From: Pyrinomonadaceae bacterium
Lineage (GTDB): Bacteria > Acidobacteriota > Blastocatellia > Pyrinomonadales > Pyrinomonadaceae
Length of the DNA: 64,000 bases
Assembly (NCBI GenBank): GCA_046313635.1
Contig: JBKBYA010000001.1
Span: forward strand, 1 to 64,000
Direction of reading: 5' to 3'
Part shown: positions 21,639 to 34,356 of the stretch, in pieces
Numbering within the stretch: position 1 is the stretch's first letter
How the letters are laid out: each line of letters opens with the position of its first letter
Position numbers and translations under genes: made by a program
The notes under the pieces: generated by a model
Told to the model about the DNA's origin: nothing
Databases searched by the model: none
What the model saw: only the letters and a program-made list of their open reading frames with translations

Positions 21639-21705
21639 GGCGAGCCTGCGACCCGTCTAGGTGCGTACGCGACTCGTTCGGCTTCTCGGGCGATGGATAT
21701 TTTGA

Positions 21706-21825
21706 AAGCGGATGAAACGGATCGGCCGGATTCAAGCAGATTGTAGTGCCAAAAGCATTGCGGCCTGGTCAACCGCACACTTCTGCTCCGATCCTCGGTA
21801 TCCGCCGCATCCGCTTCATCCGTTG
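21706..21825. repeat. Empty 9-nt-period (CGGAT) inverted-repeat element
   Basis: gcggatgaaacggatcggccggat pairs with atccgccgcatccgcttcatccgt. Confidence 0.65.
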
Positions 21826-21883
21826 CCAAGCTAGCGTTAGCTCTAGATAGCGCCGGCCCGATCGGCCTGCGTTCAAAGTATCT

Positions 21884-22936
21884 ATGAACCACACATTCCT
21901 GATCTACGGTGCAAACGGCTACACCGGCGAATTGATCACCCGTTACGCGGTCGAGCGCGGGATGAGGCCGATACTTGCGGGCCGCAACGAGATAAAGATC
22001 GAGCAACTGGCCAAGAAGCATGATCTCGAATACCGCGTCTTTGCGCTCGATGAGACCGAGCGTGTCGATGCCGCGCTGAGCGAGGTCGCGACCGTGCTGC
22101 ACTGCGCCGGGCCTTTCTCTATCACGGCGCGGCCGATGGTCGAGGCCTGTCTGCGAAACAAAAAGCACTATACCGACATCACCGGCGAGATCGCGGTATT
22201 TGAATCGATCGCCGCGCTCGACGAGCGCGCTCGCGAGGCGGGTGTGATGCTGATGCCGGGCGTAGGTTTTGACGTCGTGCCTTCGGACTGTTTGGCTAAG
22301 CATCTGAAAGAGCGCCTGCCGACCGCTGCGCACTTGACGCTCGCATTTTACGGAATTGGCCGCATCTCGCACGGGACGCAGGCCACGATGACAATGAATG
22401 TCGGCCGCGGCGGCGCGATCCGAAAGGACGGCCGCATCACGCCTGTGCCCGCCGCGTGGAAGACGCGCGAGATCGACTTTGGCGGCGGCGTCGTGCGGCG
22501 CGGCGTGACCATCCCGTGGGGCGACGTCGCTACCGCGTACCACTCGACGGGCATTCCGAATATCGAGGTCTTTACCGTGATGCCGGACTCGAATCTCAAA
22601 ATGCTCCGTCTCAGCAGATATATCGGCTGGCTGCTCGCGACCGGACCTGTCCAGAAATACCTGCAAAAACAAATTCCTCCGGGCGGGCCGTCGGACGAAG
22701 AAAGAGCTAAGGGAAAGACACTGCTCTGGGGCGAGGCGACCGACCTCAACGGCAACCGCGTCGAGTCGCGGATGCAGGGCCCGGAGGGCTACACCATGAC
22801 CGCCATCGCGGCGCTCAATATCACGCAAAAGATCCTCGACGGCCGATTCACGCCCGGCTACCAAACACCGGCAAAGGCCTATGGTGCAGACCTCGTGATG
22901 GAGATCACCGGTGTTGCTCGAGCGGACGCCGATTAG
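21884..22936 (+). CDS. Saccharopine dehydrogenase-like NAD(P)-binding oxidoreductase
   Basis: YGANGYTG, CAGPF, YTDITGE, GFDVVPSD. Confidence 0.88.
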   Translation: MNHTFLIYGANGYTGELITRYAVERGMRPILAGRNEIKIEQLAKKHDLEYRVFALDETERVDAALSEVATVLHCAGPFSITARPMVEACLRNKKHYTDITGEIAVFESIAALDERAREAGVMLMPGVGFDVVPSDCLAKHLKERLPTAAHLTLAFYGIGRISHGTQATMTMNVGRGGAIRKDGRITPVPAAWKTREIDFGGGVVRRGVTIPWGDVATAYHSTGIPNIEVFTVMPDSNLKMLRLSRYIGWLLATGPVQKYLQKQIPPGGPSDEERAKGKTLLWGEATDLNGNRVESRMQGPEGYTMTAIAALNITQKILDGRFTPGYQTPAKAYGADLVMEITGVARADAD

Positions 22937-23011
22937 AAGAGAATGGGACACGGATAGGGACGGAAAGGGCATTGGTTTTCGCGGAAATGTGATAGAAGAG
23001 AGTCGATAATC

Positions 23012-23422
23012 ATGGCGAGCCTGGTCCACTCGGAAATCACCGGTAAGATAATCAGATCGTTTTACGAGGTCTACAACTCGTTGGGACCGGGCTTTCTCGA
23101 AAAAGTTTATGAGAACGCCCTTGCCCTCGAGCTTAGATCGTCCGGGCTGATCGTAGAGCAACAGAGACCTATTGAGGTCTTTTACAAAAGCACAAGAGTC
23201 GGCGAGTACTTTGCCGACATATTTGTCGATAAAAAGGTGATTGTCGAATTGAAGGCGGTGGAAACACTGCTCGATATCCACGAGGCCCAATTGCTGAATT
23301 ACTTAAAGGCAACACAGATCGAGGTGGGTCTGCTTCTGAACTTTGGGCGGCGGCCAGAACACAAACGCAGACTTTTGACCAACGACCGAAAGAGTCTGCT
23401 GACCGTCCTGCTCGACCCGTGA
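23012..23422 (+). CDS. GxxExxY protein (PD-(D/E)XK nuclease-like)
   Basis: GPGFLEKVYENAL, ADIFV...VELKAV, AQLLNYLKAT, GLLLNFG. Confidence 0.92.
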   Translation: MASLVHSEITGKIIRSFYEVYNSLGPGFLEKVYENALALELRSSGLIVEQQRPIEVFYKSTRVGEYFADIFVDKKVIVELKAVETLLDIHEAQLLNYLKATQIEVGLLLNFGRRPEHKRRLLTNDRKSLLTVLLDP

Positions 23423-23539
23423 CGATCCGTGTTTTTTCAGTCTCGATCCGCGTACCATTCTTCCGGCCGTTAAAAAGACGCAGGCGGATCTCTCCACTCT
23501 GCGTCTTTGCGTCTTTGCGGGACAAAAATTCCCAAAAAA

Positions 23540-25969
<2,430 letters not shown>

Positions 25970-26137
25970 CTAATATTCCAGTATAAAAAGTGCCGGTTTC
26001 TAATTCATCGAGTGACGGCCGAAAACTGGGAATTTCGACTCGTTTGACAGGCGAGATCTCTCTCCTCAGATCAATACCGAATTGTAGCATTTCGCCGGCC
26101 GGATTCACAGCGTGGAAAGGCAATAAAAATCTTGCGT

Positions 26138-27238
26138 TTAGCCCGTTTTTTGCGTCCCATTTTTGATGCTGAAAACGGCGGCCGTGCTGCCGAAATTCTG
26201 GACGAAGCTTTCCTTGGAAGTGGAGGCAAAGGTCTGCGTCTTGTCGGCGAGGTGATCGAGCAGTTGGCCGATGCGCCGGTAGTCGAGCTCGGCATCGATG
26301 TCGTCGATGAGAAAGAGCGGATTTTCGCCGCGCGTCGCGCGAAAGACCTCGATATTGGCGAGCTGCAGCAGGAGCAGTGCGCTCCGCTGCTGACCCGCCG
26401 AGCCGAACTTTCGCAGGTCGTGCCCGTCAAAGAGGATCTCGAGATCGTCGCGGTGCGTGCCGATCAGGCTGTGGCCCGAGACGAGCTCGGCCTGCACGCG
26501 CAGGGCGAGACGCTCGGCAATGAGCGATTCGTAATCGGCGAGATCGCCCTTGCCCTCGAGCGACGAGATGTAGCGGATCGATATTTCCTCTGGCCCGAAG
26601 AGATGCTTGGCCAGCACCTCGTTGAGCCGCTCGACGATCCGGACGCGGCCGCGGTGAATGCGCGCGGCAAGCGCGGCAAGCTGCTCGTTCCAGGGCGCGA
26701 GCGACTCGGCAACGCGCTCGAGCGGAGCTTCTTCGTCGCGCGAGAGTTGGAGCAGCGCGTTCTTTTGCCTGATGACGCGGTTGTAATCGGTAAAGGTCTG
26801 CACAAAGGGCGGCGAGAGCGATACGATCGCGTCGTCGAGAAACCGGCGCCGCGCCTCGGGATGCCCGCGGACGATCTCGAGCGTGTCGGCGTTAAAGACG
26901 ACCGCGTACAATTCGGCGAGATATGAATGGAGCGGCTCCTTTTTGCCGTTGAGCGTGATTATTTTGGCGTTGCCCTGCAGCGCGACCTGCAGCTCGTGAC
27001 CGATCTCCTCCGACTGCCGGACGCGTCCGCGGACGATCGCGAGGTCCTCGCCGAAGCGGATCGCCTCCTGCAGCCGCGCCGTCTTAAAAGACCTCGCCGT
27101 CGCGAGAAAGTAGATCGCCTCCAGCCAATTCGTTTTGCCCTGGCCGTTGTCGCCGGTGAGGATGTTGAGACCCGGCCCGAGGTCGAGCCTGCCCGCAAGA
27201 TTGCGGAAATTGCTCGCTTCGACCGCTTCGAGAAGCAT
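26138..27238 (-). CDS. recF: DNA replication/repair protein RecF
   Basis: NFRN, GDNGQGKTN Walker A, RRRFLD, GSAGQQR, LIDDIDAELD; ATG at 27238. Confidence 0.94.
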   Translation of the reverse strand: MLLEAVEASNFRNLAGRLDLGPGLNILTGDNGQGKTNWLEAIYFLATARSFKTARLQEAIRFGEDLAIVRGRVRQSEEIGHELQVALQGNAKIITLNGKKEPLHSYLAELYAVVFNADTLEIVRGHPEARRRFLDDAIVSLSPPFVQTFTDYNRVIRQKNALLQLSRDEEAPLERVAESLAPWNEQLAALAARIHRGRVRIVERLNEVLAKHLFGPEEISIRYISSLEGKGDLADYESLIAERLALRVQAELVSGHSLIGTHRDDLEILFDGHDLRKFGSAGQQRSALLLLQLANIEVFRATRGENPLFLIDDIDAELDYRRIGQLLDHLADKTQTFASTSKESFVQNFGSTAAVFSIKNGTQKTG

Positions 27239-27643
27239 TAAAAAAATTCTAGCACGCGCACCCGCGGCACGTCCGTCAGGCGAGTTTTGCGAAGCCCAGG
27301 CGAACGCCTCCGAATGACCGATACGAGATCGAGCCGCTTGAGCCGTTATTTTTGTCAACTATCGGGCGATTTGGTTTGACGGTCTAGTTCATTTCCACCA
27401 TACTCGATCCCTGGAGCCGATCGACTCGTCCGCCGGCTGGAGTCACAAAGACGCACCCGAAACCTTCCCGCCGGGATGTGATCAGCTGCAACTCACCGTT
27501 CGGATCGATGCTCCCGGACAGTCTTTTGAAAGTTTTTGGAGCCTCGCCCAAAAAACTTTCTGAACAACTCGACAATTAGGACTTTTTAATAATTGGGGCC
27601 ACCAGTGGCTCTCGATACTTCCGCAGTGCTCTATAACCCACCT

Positions 27644-28186
27644 ATGCGTCTATTCTTGACCGTTTGCCTCTTACTTTGTTTGGCTGTGACCGCTTCCGCC
27701 CAAATGCAGGGTATTTCTGCAGGGCAGCCCGCACCTGCATTCTCGATCACAGGACTCGACGGGCAGGTCTACGATCTCGCCCAACTTCGCGGCAAGGTCG
27801 TGCTCGTTACCTTTTGGTCGACGAGATGCGCGATCTGCCACAGCGAGATCCCCAAGCTGAATCAGCTCGCGACGAAATACAAGGGCCAGGACGTCGTCTT
27901 TTTAGGCTTCACGATGGACAGTCCGACCAAGGTCGAGAATTACCTGCGGAGCACGCCCTTCAGATTCACGATCGTGCCCAACAGCTTCGGCGTCGTACTG
28001 CAGTACGCCGACAAGGACAAGGCCGGCACTATCAACATGGGTTTTCCGGCGTACTTCCTGCTCGATCAGGACGGCACGGTGCAGATCAAATCGAGCGGCT
28101 GGGACCGCACCTCGGATCTCGACGCTCGGATCGCCGCGCTTCTCGCCGCACAAAAGCCGCGTGACGTCGTTGCCGAGAAGAGGTGA
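27644..28186 (+). CDS. TlpA-like thiol-disulfide oxidoreductase (exported)
   Basis: Signal peptide; GKVVLVTFWSTRCAIC (CxxC); cis-Pro region FPAYFLLDQDG. Confidence 0.85.
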   Translation: MRLFLTVCLLLCLAVTASAQMQGISAGQPAPAFSITGLDGQVYDLAQLRGKVVLVTFWSTRCAICHSEIPKLNQLATKYKGQDVVFLGFTMDSPTKVENYLRSTPFRFTIVPNSFGVVLQYADKDKAGTINMGFPAYFLLDQDGTVQIKSSGWDRTSDLDARIAALLAAQKPRDVVAEKR

Positions 28187-28207
28187 ATGTCCAAACAACA
28201 TGGTTCG

Positions 28208-28243
28208 GCGGCACGTCGGAGCCCGGCGTGCCGTTTTCATTTT
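28208..28243 (+). terminator. Probable intrinsic terminator
   Basis: cggcacgtcgg/ccggcgtgccg stem then T-rich tail. Confidence 0.6.
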
Positions 28244-28313
28244 GCCGTCTTGGTCGCGGCTGTTGTTTGGCCTGCGGCGCTTGGGTTATATTGAATTCTC
28301 GCTTCCCCGACGC

Positions 28314-28399
28314 GGAGAGGTAGCCTAATTGGTAAGGCAGTAGTCTTGAAAACTACCGCGGGAAACCGCTTGCAGGTTCGAGTCCTGTCCTCTCCGCCA
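28314..28399 (+). tRNA. tRNA-Ser(TGA)
   Basis: GGAGAGG/CCTCTCC acceptor stem, anticodon stem gtagt/actac with CT-TGA-AA loop, long variable arm, GGTTCGAGTCC T-arm, encoded CCA. Confidence 0.96.
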
Positions 28400-28501
28400 C
28401 ATACGATCTCTTAGCTTTTATTCTCGGGTCTCGACGCAGTGGTTCGAGGCCCGTTCTTGCATCGGCTCACCCGATCGCGCGGGAGGTCGGCTCGATTCTT
28501 C

Positions 28502-28561
28502 TTGCCTGACATTTCAGATCTGGTATAGCCTATTGTGCGCACTGAATGAGTATTCATTCAG
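28502..28561 (+). promoter_or_regulatory. Sigma70-like promoter and FadR(YsiA)-type operator palindrome
   Basis: TTGCCT-16bp-TATAGC with TG extension; CTGAATGAGTATTCATTCAG palindrome at 28542-28561. Confidence 0.75.
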
Positions 28562-28624
28562 ACCGCGGCGAATGTCAGCGCTCAGGGTTGCTCCGGCCCG
28601 GCGAGGGCGTCGGCTTACAAACTA

Positions 28625-29248
28625 ATGGCAAGAAATCCGAAACAATCCTCAGCAGCCGCGCGGACCGCCGTATCAGACAAGCGGGAGGCCATCCTGCGTG
28701 CGGCGTCGAAGGTCTTTGCACGCAAAGGATTCTTTAATTCAAAGGTCGCCGACGTCGCGGCCGAGGCCGGCGTCGCGGACGGTACGGTCTATCTCTATTT
28801 CAAGGGCAAGGACGACATCCTCCACTCGATCTTTGATCGCAAGATGGAGGAGTTCATTTCCGAGGGCGAACGCGAGATCTCGGCGATCGACGATCCGGCG
28901 GACAAGCTCAGGCGGATAGCCGAACTCCACCTTGAGCGCCTCGGGGCAGACCGCGACATGGCGGTCGTCTTTCAGGTCGAGCTGCGCGGCTCGACCAAGT
29001 TCATGGAAGAATTTTCGGCCGCGGGCTTTGCCGCGTATCTCGATATCATTCGCCGGACGATCGACGAGGGCCAGCGATCAGGCCGCTTCCGCTCGGACAT
29101 CAAGCCGGTGGTCGCCGCAAAGATCCTCTTCGGCGCTCTTGACGAGATGGTGACGAACTGGATCCTTTCCAAGCGCTCGTACCCGCTGGCGCCGATGGCA
29201 GACGAAGTGCTGAAGATCTTTTTCGGGGGCATCAGCAACGAGCGATGA
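28625..29248 (+). CDS. TetR-family regulator, fatty-acid metabolism FadR(YsiA)-like
   Basis: N-terminal HTH AGVADGTVYLYFKGKDDIL; VFQVELR; overlaps fadD start. Confidence 0.88.
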   Translation: MARNPKQSSAAARTAVSDKREAILRAASKVFARKGFFNSKVADVAAEAGVADGTVYLYFKGKDDILHSIFDRKMEEFISEGEREISAIDDPADKLRRIAELHLERLGADRDMAVVFQVELRGSTKFMEEFSAAGFAAYLDIIRRTIDEGQRSGRFRSDIKPVVAAKILFGALDEMVTNWILSKRSYPLAPMADEVLKIFFGGISNER

Positions 29249-31158
29249 GCACTCTCGCCAAAAACACGAGCCCGGCCTCTCTCGCGCCCGAGAATCGCGG
29301 ATCGCGGCCCCGTGCGGCGATGGGCCGTGGCGAGCCGCTCTACGCCGACGAGCCGTCGACATTGGCCGGACTTTTTATCAAGGCTCTGCAAGAGCATCCG
29401 CGGCCCGATGCGCTCTGCTACAAGCGTGACGGCAAATGGCACCGGATCTCGACCGCCGAGATGGTGCGGCGCGCGGGCGACATCGCCCTCGGGTTGTATT
29501 CGCTCGGTCTGCGAAAGGGCGACCGCGTCGCGCTGCACGCTCCGAACTCTCCGGAATGGACCCTTTTCGACGCCGGTTGCCAGTTTGCGGGGATCTTGGA
29601 TGTGCCGATCTACCCGACGCTTGCGGAGTCGTCCGTCGGTTACATTCTGCGGGACTCGGCGGCCCGCGTGCTGGTCGTCCACGACCGCGAGATGTACGAG
29701 CGTATCGCGAACCAGATCGCCGGCTCGTCGGTCGAAAAAATAGTATTGATCGACACCCGCGGAGCTCCGATCGACGGAGCTCTCGGCATCGCGGACGTCG
29801 AGTCTGCCGGGGCCGCGCTGCGTGTCGAGCGGCCTGGCCTGATCGATACGCTCGCCGACGCCGCTGCACCTGACGACGTCGCGACGCTGATCTATACGAG
29901 CGGAACGACCGGCGAGCCGAAGGGCGTGATGCTGACGCACACAAATATCATCTCTAACGTCATCGACGCCGGCGAAAAGTACGAGTTCTCCGAGGCCGAC
30001 ATCCCGCTCTCCGTACTGCCGCTTTGTCACATCTTTGAGCGGTCGGCGATGTATCTCTACATTCTGAACGGAATGGCCGTCCATTACGCCGAGTCGATCG
30101 ACAAGGTGCCTGACAACCTGCAGGAGGTACGCCCGACGATATTTGTCGGCGTGCCGCGGATATTTGAGAAGGTCTACGCGCGGGCCCGCCTCAAGGCGTC
30201 ACAGTCGGACGGCCTGAAGACGCGAATATTCGATTGGGCGATCGAGGCGGCCAAGCGTTACGCGCTCGCGCTCGAAACGGGAATGCGGCCGTCCGCGACG
30301 CTGTCGCTGCAGCACGCGCTGGCGGACGCTCTGATCTACAAAAAGCTGCGTGCATTTTTTGGCGGACGGCTGCGGTCGTGCATCACGGGCGGCGCCGCGC
30401 TGAGCGATGATATCTATTTGATCTTTACCGGCGCGGGCATCACGATCTTTCAGGGCTACGGGCTGACCGAGACGTCGCCCGTCATCTCGTCAAACAATCC
30501 GCAGGCCCATCGCCTCGGCAGCGTCGGGCGGCCGATCCGGAATGTCTCTGTGCGTGTCGCGGCCGACGGCGAGATCGAGGTGACGGGTCCCGGCGTGATG
30601 CTCGGGTACTACAACAAACCCGAAGCGACACGCGATGCCTTTACCGAGGACGGATGGTTTCGGACGGGCGACATCGGCGAGATCGACGAGGACGGTTTTT
30701 TGCGAATCACCGATCGCAAGAAGGAGCTCTTTAAGACCTCGGGCGGCAAGTACATCGCGCCCTCGCCGATCGAGCAGATGATCAAGGCTTCGAAATTCAT
30801 CAGCCAGGCCGTGCTCATCGGCGACGGACGCAAATTTCCCGCGGCGCTGATCGTGCCTAATTTTGAGATGCTGCGATCCTACGCGAGGCACAAAGGTCTG
30901 GCGATCGACTCGCCCGCTGACTTTTGCAAAGATCCGCGGATCATCGACCTGATCGAACGACAGGTCGCTTCGTACACCGCGTCGCTCGGCCAGTACGAAA
31001 AGGTCAAAAAGATCGCCCTGATCGAGAACGAGATGACCGTCGACGGCGGCGAACTGACGCCGACACTGAAAGTGCGGCGACGGATAGTCGACGAAAAGTA
31101 CCGCGACGTCATCGATCGGATCTACGCCGACGCCGAAAAAGAAAGACCCGCGGGCTGA
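29245..31158 (+). CDS. fadD: Long-chain fatty acid--CoA ligase
   Basis: YTSGTTGEPKGV, QGYGLTE, WFRTGDIG, DRKKELFKTSGGKYIAP. Confidence 0.92.
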   Translation: MSTLAKNTSPASLAPENRGSRPRAAMGRGEPLYADEPSTLAGLFIKALQEHPRPDALCYKRDGKWHRISTAEMVRRAGDIALGLYSLGLRKGDRVALHAPNSPEWTLFDAGCQFAGILDVPIYPTLAESSVGYILRDSAARVLVVHDREMYERIANQIAGSSVEKIVLIDTRGAPIDGALGIADVESAGAALRVERPGLIDTLADAAAPDDVATLIYTSGTTGEPKGVMLTHTNIISNVIDAGEKYEFSEADIPLSVLPLCHIFERSAMYLYILNGMAVHYAESIDKVPDNLQEVRPTIFVGVPRIFEKVYARARLKASQSDGLKTRIFDWAIEAAKRYALALETGMRPSATLSLQHALADALIYKKLRAFFGGRLRSCITGGAALSDDIYLIFTGAGITIFQGYGLTETSPVISSNNPQAHRLGSVGRPIRNVSVRVAADGEIEVTGPGVMLGYYNKPEATRDAFTEDGWFRTGDIGEIDEDGFLRITDRKKELFKTSGGKYIAPSPIEQMIKASKFISQAVLIGDGRKFPAALIVPNFEMLRSYARHKGLAIDSPADFCKDPRIIDLIERQVASYTASLGQYEKVKKIALIENEMTVDGGELTPTLKVRRRIVDEKYRDVIDRIYADAEKERPAG

Positions 31159-31196
31159 TCCCGCGGGTCTCATCATTTCTACCGCTCGCCGACGCG

Positions 31197-32162
31197 TTAC
31201 AACGGCCTGATCGGCACTCGTGCGGGCAAGCCCGTAAGCGTCTCCATCAGGATATCGCCGAACGACTTCTTGGCCTTGCCGACCTCGACGATGTCAAATG
31301 GCTCAAGCATCAGGTCCTTTTCCTGGCCCTTCTTGATCGCGTCAAAATTTGCGACGATCACCTCCGGCTGCGTCGCGCCTGGCTTGCGGCGATAGACCTT
31401 GAGCGTCTTGGTTTTGGCCTCGCGAGAGAATCCGCTCGCCATCGCGACCGCCTGCGTCAGCGGCAGACCGCCCTCGGGCAGATCGATCTCGCCGGGCTTG
31501 ATCACCTCGCCGACGACATAGACCGGTGCGGCCTTTGGCACGACCACGATGTCGCCGGGGAGGATCTCGGGATTTGCCTCTTCGAGTCCCTGCCGCAGCG
31601 ACGCGAGACTGAAAATGCGCGACGGCGTGTCAAACGAATCTCCCGCATCGGCCGGACGCCAGACCGCCTCGACCGTCGTCTCGCCGCACATCGGCTGCCG
31701 CGTGCGAAAGACCTGCACCATTCCGCCGCTCTTTTCGGTGACGCCGCCAGAGGCCGAGATGACCTCGATCAGCCGTACTCGGCGCGTCAGGTTGAACTGC
31801 TGCGGCTGCCGCACCTCGCCGTACACGCTCACCGGCGGGCGGCTGTTTCGCTGTGTGACGCGCAGGCTGAGCTGCGGGCTCTTGAGATACTTTGAGAGCA
31901 GCCGCGTGACCTCGACACGCAGGTCGCGCTCGGTCTTGCACTTGGCCGAGACCGGCTCGTCAAAGAAGGGCACCTCGATGCGGCCGTCCTCGTCGACCGT
32001 GGCGACAAAATCGAACTGCGGCTCACCGAGCACCTTGCCCGTGATCTCGTCGCCCGGACCGATCAGGTAGCCTTTCTGCTCCTCATTCGCCGGAGCCTGC
32101 GCCCGCGCTCCGGCCGCAAAGCACAATGCCGCCAGAGCCAATACTGCAAAGCTGATTCTCAT
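31197..32162 (-). CDS. Polysaccharide export protein (Wza/SLBB-like)
   Basis: Signal peptide; YLIGPGD poly_export motif; two SLBB repeats (VYGEV, VVGEV). Confidence 0.85.
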   Translation of the reverse strand: MRISFAVLALAALCFAAGARAQAPANEEQKGYLIGPGDEITGKVLGEPQFDFVATVDEDGRIEVPFFDEPVSAKCKTERDLRVEVTRLLSKYLKSPQLSLRVTQRNSRPPVSVYGEVRQPQQFNLTRRVRLIEVISASGGVTEKSGGMVQVFRTRQPMCGETTVEAVWRPADAGDSFDTPSRIFSLASLRQGLEEANPEILPGDIVVVPKAAPVYVVGEVIKPGEIDLPEGGLPLTQAVAMASGFSREAKTKTLKVYRRKPGATQPEVIVANFDAIKKGQEKDLMLEPFDIVEVGKAKKSFGDILMETLTGLPARVPIRPL

Positions 32163-32331
32163 TAAATATGCCTCTTGTGAAATGGACCTCAAGGATATCT
32201 TACAGGTTTTTTCGATTCAAACTTCAGCTCTCGCCGTTGCCTTCCGTATAAACGGCCGGTGAGCTTTCTGTTATCATTGGTTTTCCAGCTTTAGCACTTT
32301 GGCCCGAGTCGACGGGCCGCCTCTGAGAGAG

Positions 32332-34335
32332 ATGGACCGGCCCACGGCGCACGTAATGCAACACGAGATCGACGAGAGCTTTGGCGAGCGGCTTTGGATA
32401 CTGCGCCGGCCGGCGCAGCTGCTGCTCGACCTGTTTGTGCTGACGGCGGCGTTTCTCTTTGCATACCTGCCGGCGGTCAATATCCAGCTCGGCGACTATT
32501 ATCTCGAAACGGCGCTTTCGCAGCTGCCGTTCGTGATCCTGGTCGAGTTTGCCGCGCTCTTTGTCGTCGGCGCGTACTCGATCATCTGGCGCTACATCAG
32601 CATCGAGGACATCCGCGTCTTTCTTAAGGCGGCAATTATCTGCGCGATCGTCTTTTTGTCGCTGCGATTTTTGCTGATCTATTCGCCGTTCCGTCTGTGG
32701 CAGATACCGATCTCGGTGATCCTGCTCAACCTGGTGCTCGGCTTTGGCGGTCTGCTCGCCGTGCGGGTGCTGCGCCGATTCAGCTACGAGCTCGGCGAAA
32801 AGAACCGCTTTGCCGGCCGCCCTCGCCGCACCAAGCTCACGCCCGCACTTATCGTCGGCGCCGGTCGAATGGGCGCGACTCTCGTCAAGGAGATCTACGG
32901 CCGCCGCGATGCCGAGCTCGAGATACGCGGCTTTGTCGACGACGATTCTCGCAAGGTCGGCGGCAGCGTGGGCGGCGTCAAGGTGCTCGGCCGCACGCGC
33001 GATCTCGCGCACCTCGTCGAGGAGCTGCATATCAAGCAGGTAGTCATCGCGATCGACAACGCGCGCGGAGCCGAGATACGCCGCGTGCTCGATCTCTGCT
33101 CGGGCCTTGCGGTCAAGACGCAGATCGTGCCGAGTCTCGACGAGATCGCGACCGGCCGGGTCTCTGTAAGCCGGACGCGCGACGTGCAGATCGAGGACCT
33201 GCTCGGCCGCGATCCCGTAGAGCTCGACGACGAGAACCTTCATCACTTCCTGACCGGGAAGACCGTGATGGTCACCGGTGCCGGCGGCTCGATCGGGTCC
33301 GAGCTCGTCCGGCAGATCACGAAGTATCAGCCGAAGCGTTTGCTGCTCGTCGAACGCGCCGAGTTTTTGCTCTTTCAGATCGAGCGCGAGCTGGCAAACA
33401 AATTCGAGGGCGTAGTTTATTTTCCGCTCATCGCCGATGCCGGCGACGACGCGCGGATGCGCGAGATCTTTGAGCGGTTTCGGCCCGAGGTGATCTTTCA
33501 CGCGGCGGCCCACAAGCATGTCCCGATGATGGAGGCAAACCCGTGCGAGGCCGTCAAGAACAACATCTTCGCGACGCGCACCGTCGCGACGCTCGCCGGC
33601 GAATTCTGTGCCGAGTCCTTTGTGCTCATCTCGACCGACAAGGCCGTCAATCCGACGTCGGTGATGGGCGCGTCAAAGCGTGTCGCCGAGCTGGTCGTCC
33701 AAAGTCTCGATCAGCGGTTTGAGAGAACGAATTACATCGCGGTGCGTTTCGGCAACGTGCTCGGGTCGGCCGGTTCGGTGGTGCCGATCTTTCGCGAGCA
33801 GATCCTTGCCGGCGGCCCGGTGACGGTGACCGATCGCGAGATGACCCGCTACTTTATGACGATCCCCGAGGCGTCGCAGCTCGTGCTGCAGGCCGGCGCT
33901 CTCGGCGAGGGCGGCGAGATCTTTATCCTCGACATGGGCAAGCCGGTGCGAATTCTCGATCTTGCCGAGGACATGATCCGTCTCTCGGGCCTGACGCCTT
34001 ACGAGGACATCGACATTCAATTCTCGGGGATACGAAAGGGCGAAAAGCTCTTTGAAGAACTCGAGATCTCGGGCGAGAGCCTGCTTAAGACAAAACATCC
34101 GAAGATCTTTATCGGTAAGATCGCCACGTACTCGACGGCGCAGGTCGACGCGATAATTGCGGAGTTTCAGGCCGCGGTCCGCTCGGCCGACGAGCGGCAG
34201 ATCAGACAGACCTTTAACACTTATCTGCCCGAAGCGACGATCGCTGTCGACCATTCGCCGCAGATAACGGCGGCCGCAGACCCGGACGACAATCTTCTGG
34301 AGCCGGCGGCTCGGCTTGGGCTGGCAGAAAAATAA
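32332..34335 (+). CDS. CapD/PglF-like nucleoside-diphosphate sugar dehydratase (start uncertain)
   Basis: N-terminal TM helices; VTGAGGSIGSEL, HAAAHKHVP, STDKAVNP, MGASKR, RFGNVLGS. Confidence 0.93.
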   Translation: MDRPTAHVMQHEIDESFGERLWILRRPAQLLLDLFVLTAAFLFAYLPAVNIQLGDYYLETALSQLPFVILVEFAALFVVGAYSIIWRYISIEDIRVFLKAAIICAIVFLSLRFLLIYSPFRLWQIPISVILLNLVLGFGGLLAVRVLRRFSYELGEKNRFAGRPRRTKLTPALIVGAGRMGATLVKEIYGRRDAELEIRGFVDDDSRKVGGSVGGVKVLGRTRDLAHLVEELHIKQVVIAIDNARGAEIRRVLDLCSGLAVKTQIVPSLDEIATGRVSVSRTRDVQIEDLLGRDPVELDDENLHHFLTGKTVMVTGAGGSIGSELVRQITKYQPKRLLLVERAEFLLFQIERELANKFEGVVYFPLIADAGDDARMREIFERFRPEVIFHAAAHKHVPMMEANPCEAVKNNIFATRTVATLAGEFCAESFVLISTDKAVNPTSVMGASKRVAELVVQSLDQRFERTNYIAVRFGNVLGSAGSVVPIFREQILAGGPVTVTDREMTRYFMTIPEASQLVLQAGALGEGGEIFILDMGKPVRILDLAEDMIRLSGLTPYEDIDIQFSGIRKGEKLFEELEISGESLLKTKHPKIFIGKIATYSTAQVDAIIAEFQAAVRSADERQIRQTFNTYLPEATIAVDHSPQITAAADPDDNLLEPAARLGLAEK

Positions 34336-34356
34336 CGGAGAGCATAAGAAACGAAC

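Noticed and set aside
27360..27640. ncRNA or riboswitch in the recF-tlpA intergenic region
   Set aside because: No recognisable conserved motif or convincing structure by eye; a covariance-model search would be needed
28314..28399. tRNA with TGA as tRNA-Sec partner of selD
   Set aside because: Anticodon TGA reads UCA (Ser); tRNA-Sec needs anticodon TCA and a longer acceptor stem
28380..28500. Genomic island integrated at the tRNA-Ser 3' end
   Set aside because: No integrase nearby and no duplicated tRNA 3' end noticed; followed by a hairpin and housekeeping genes
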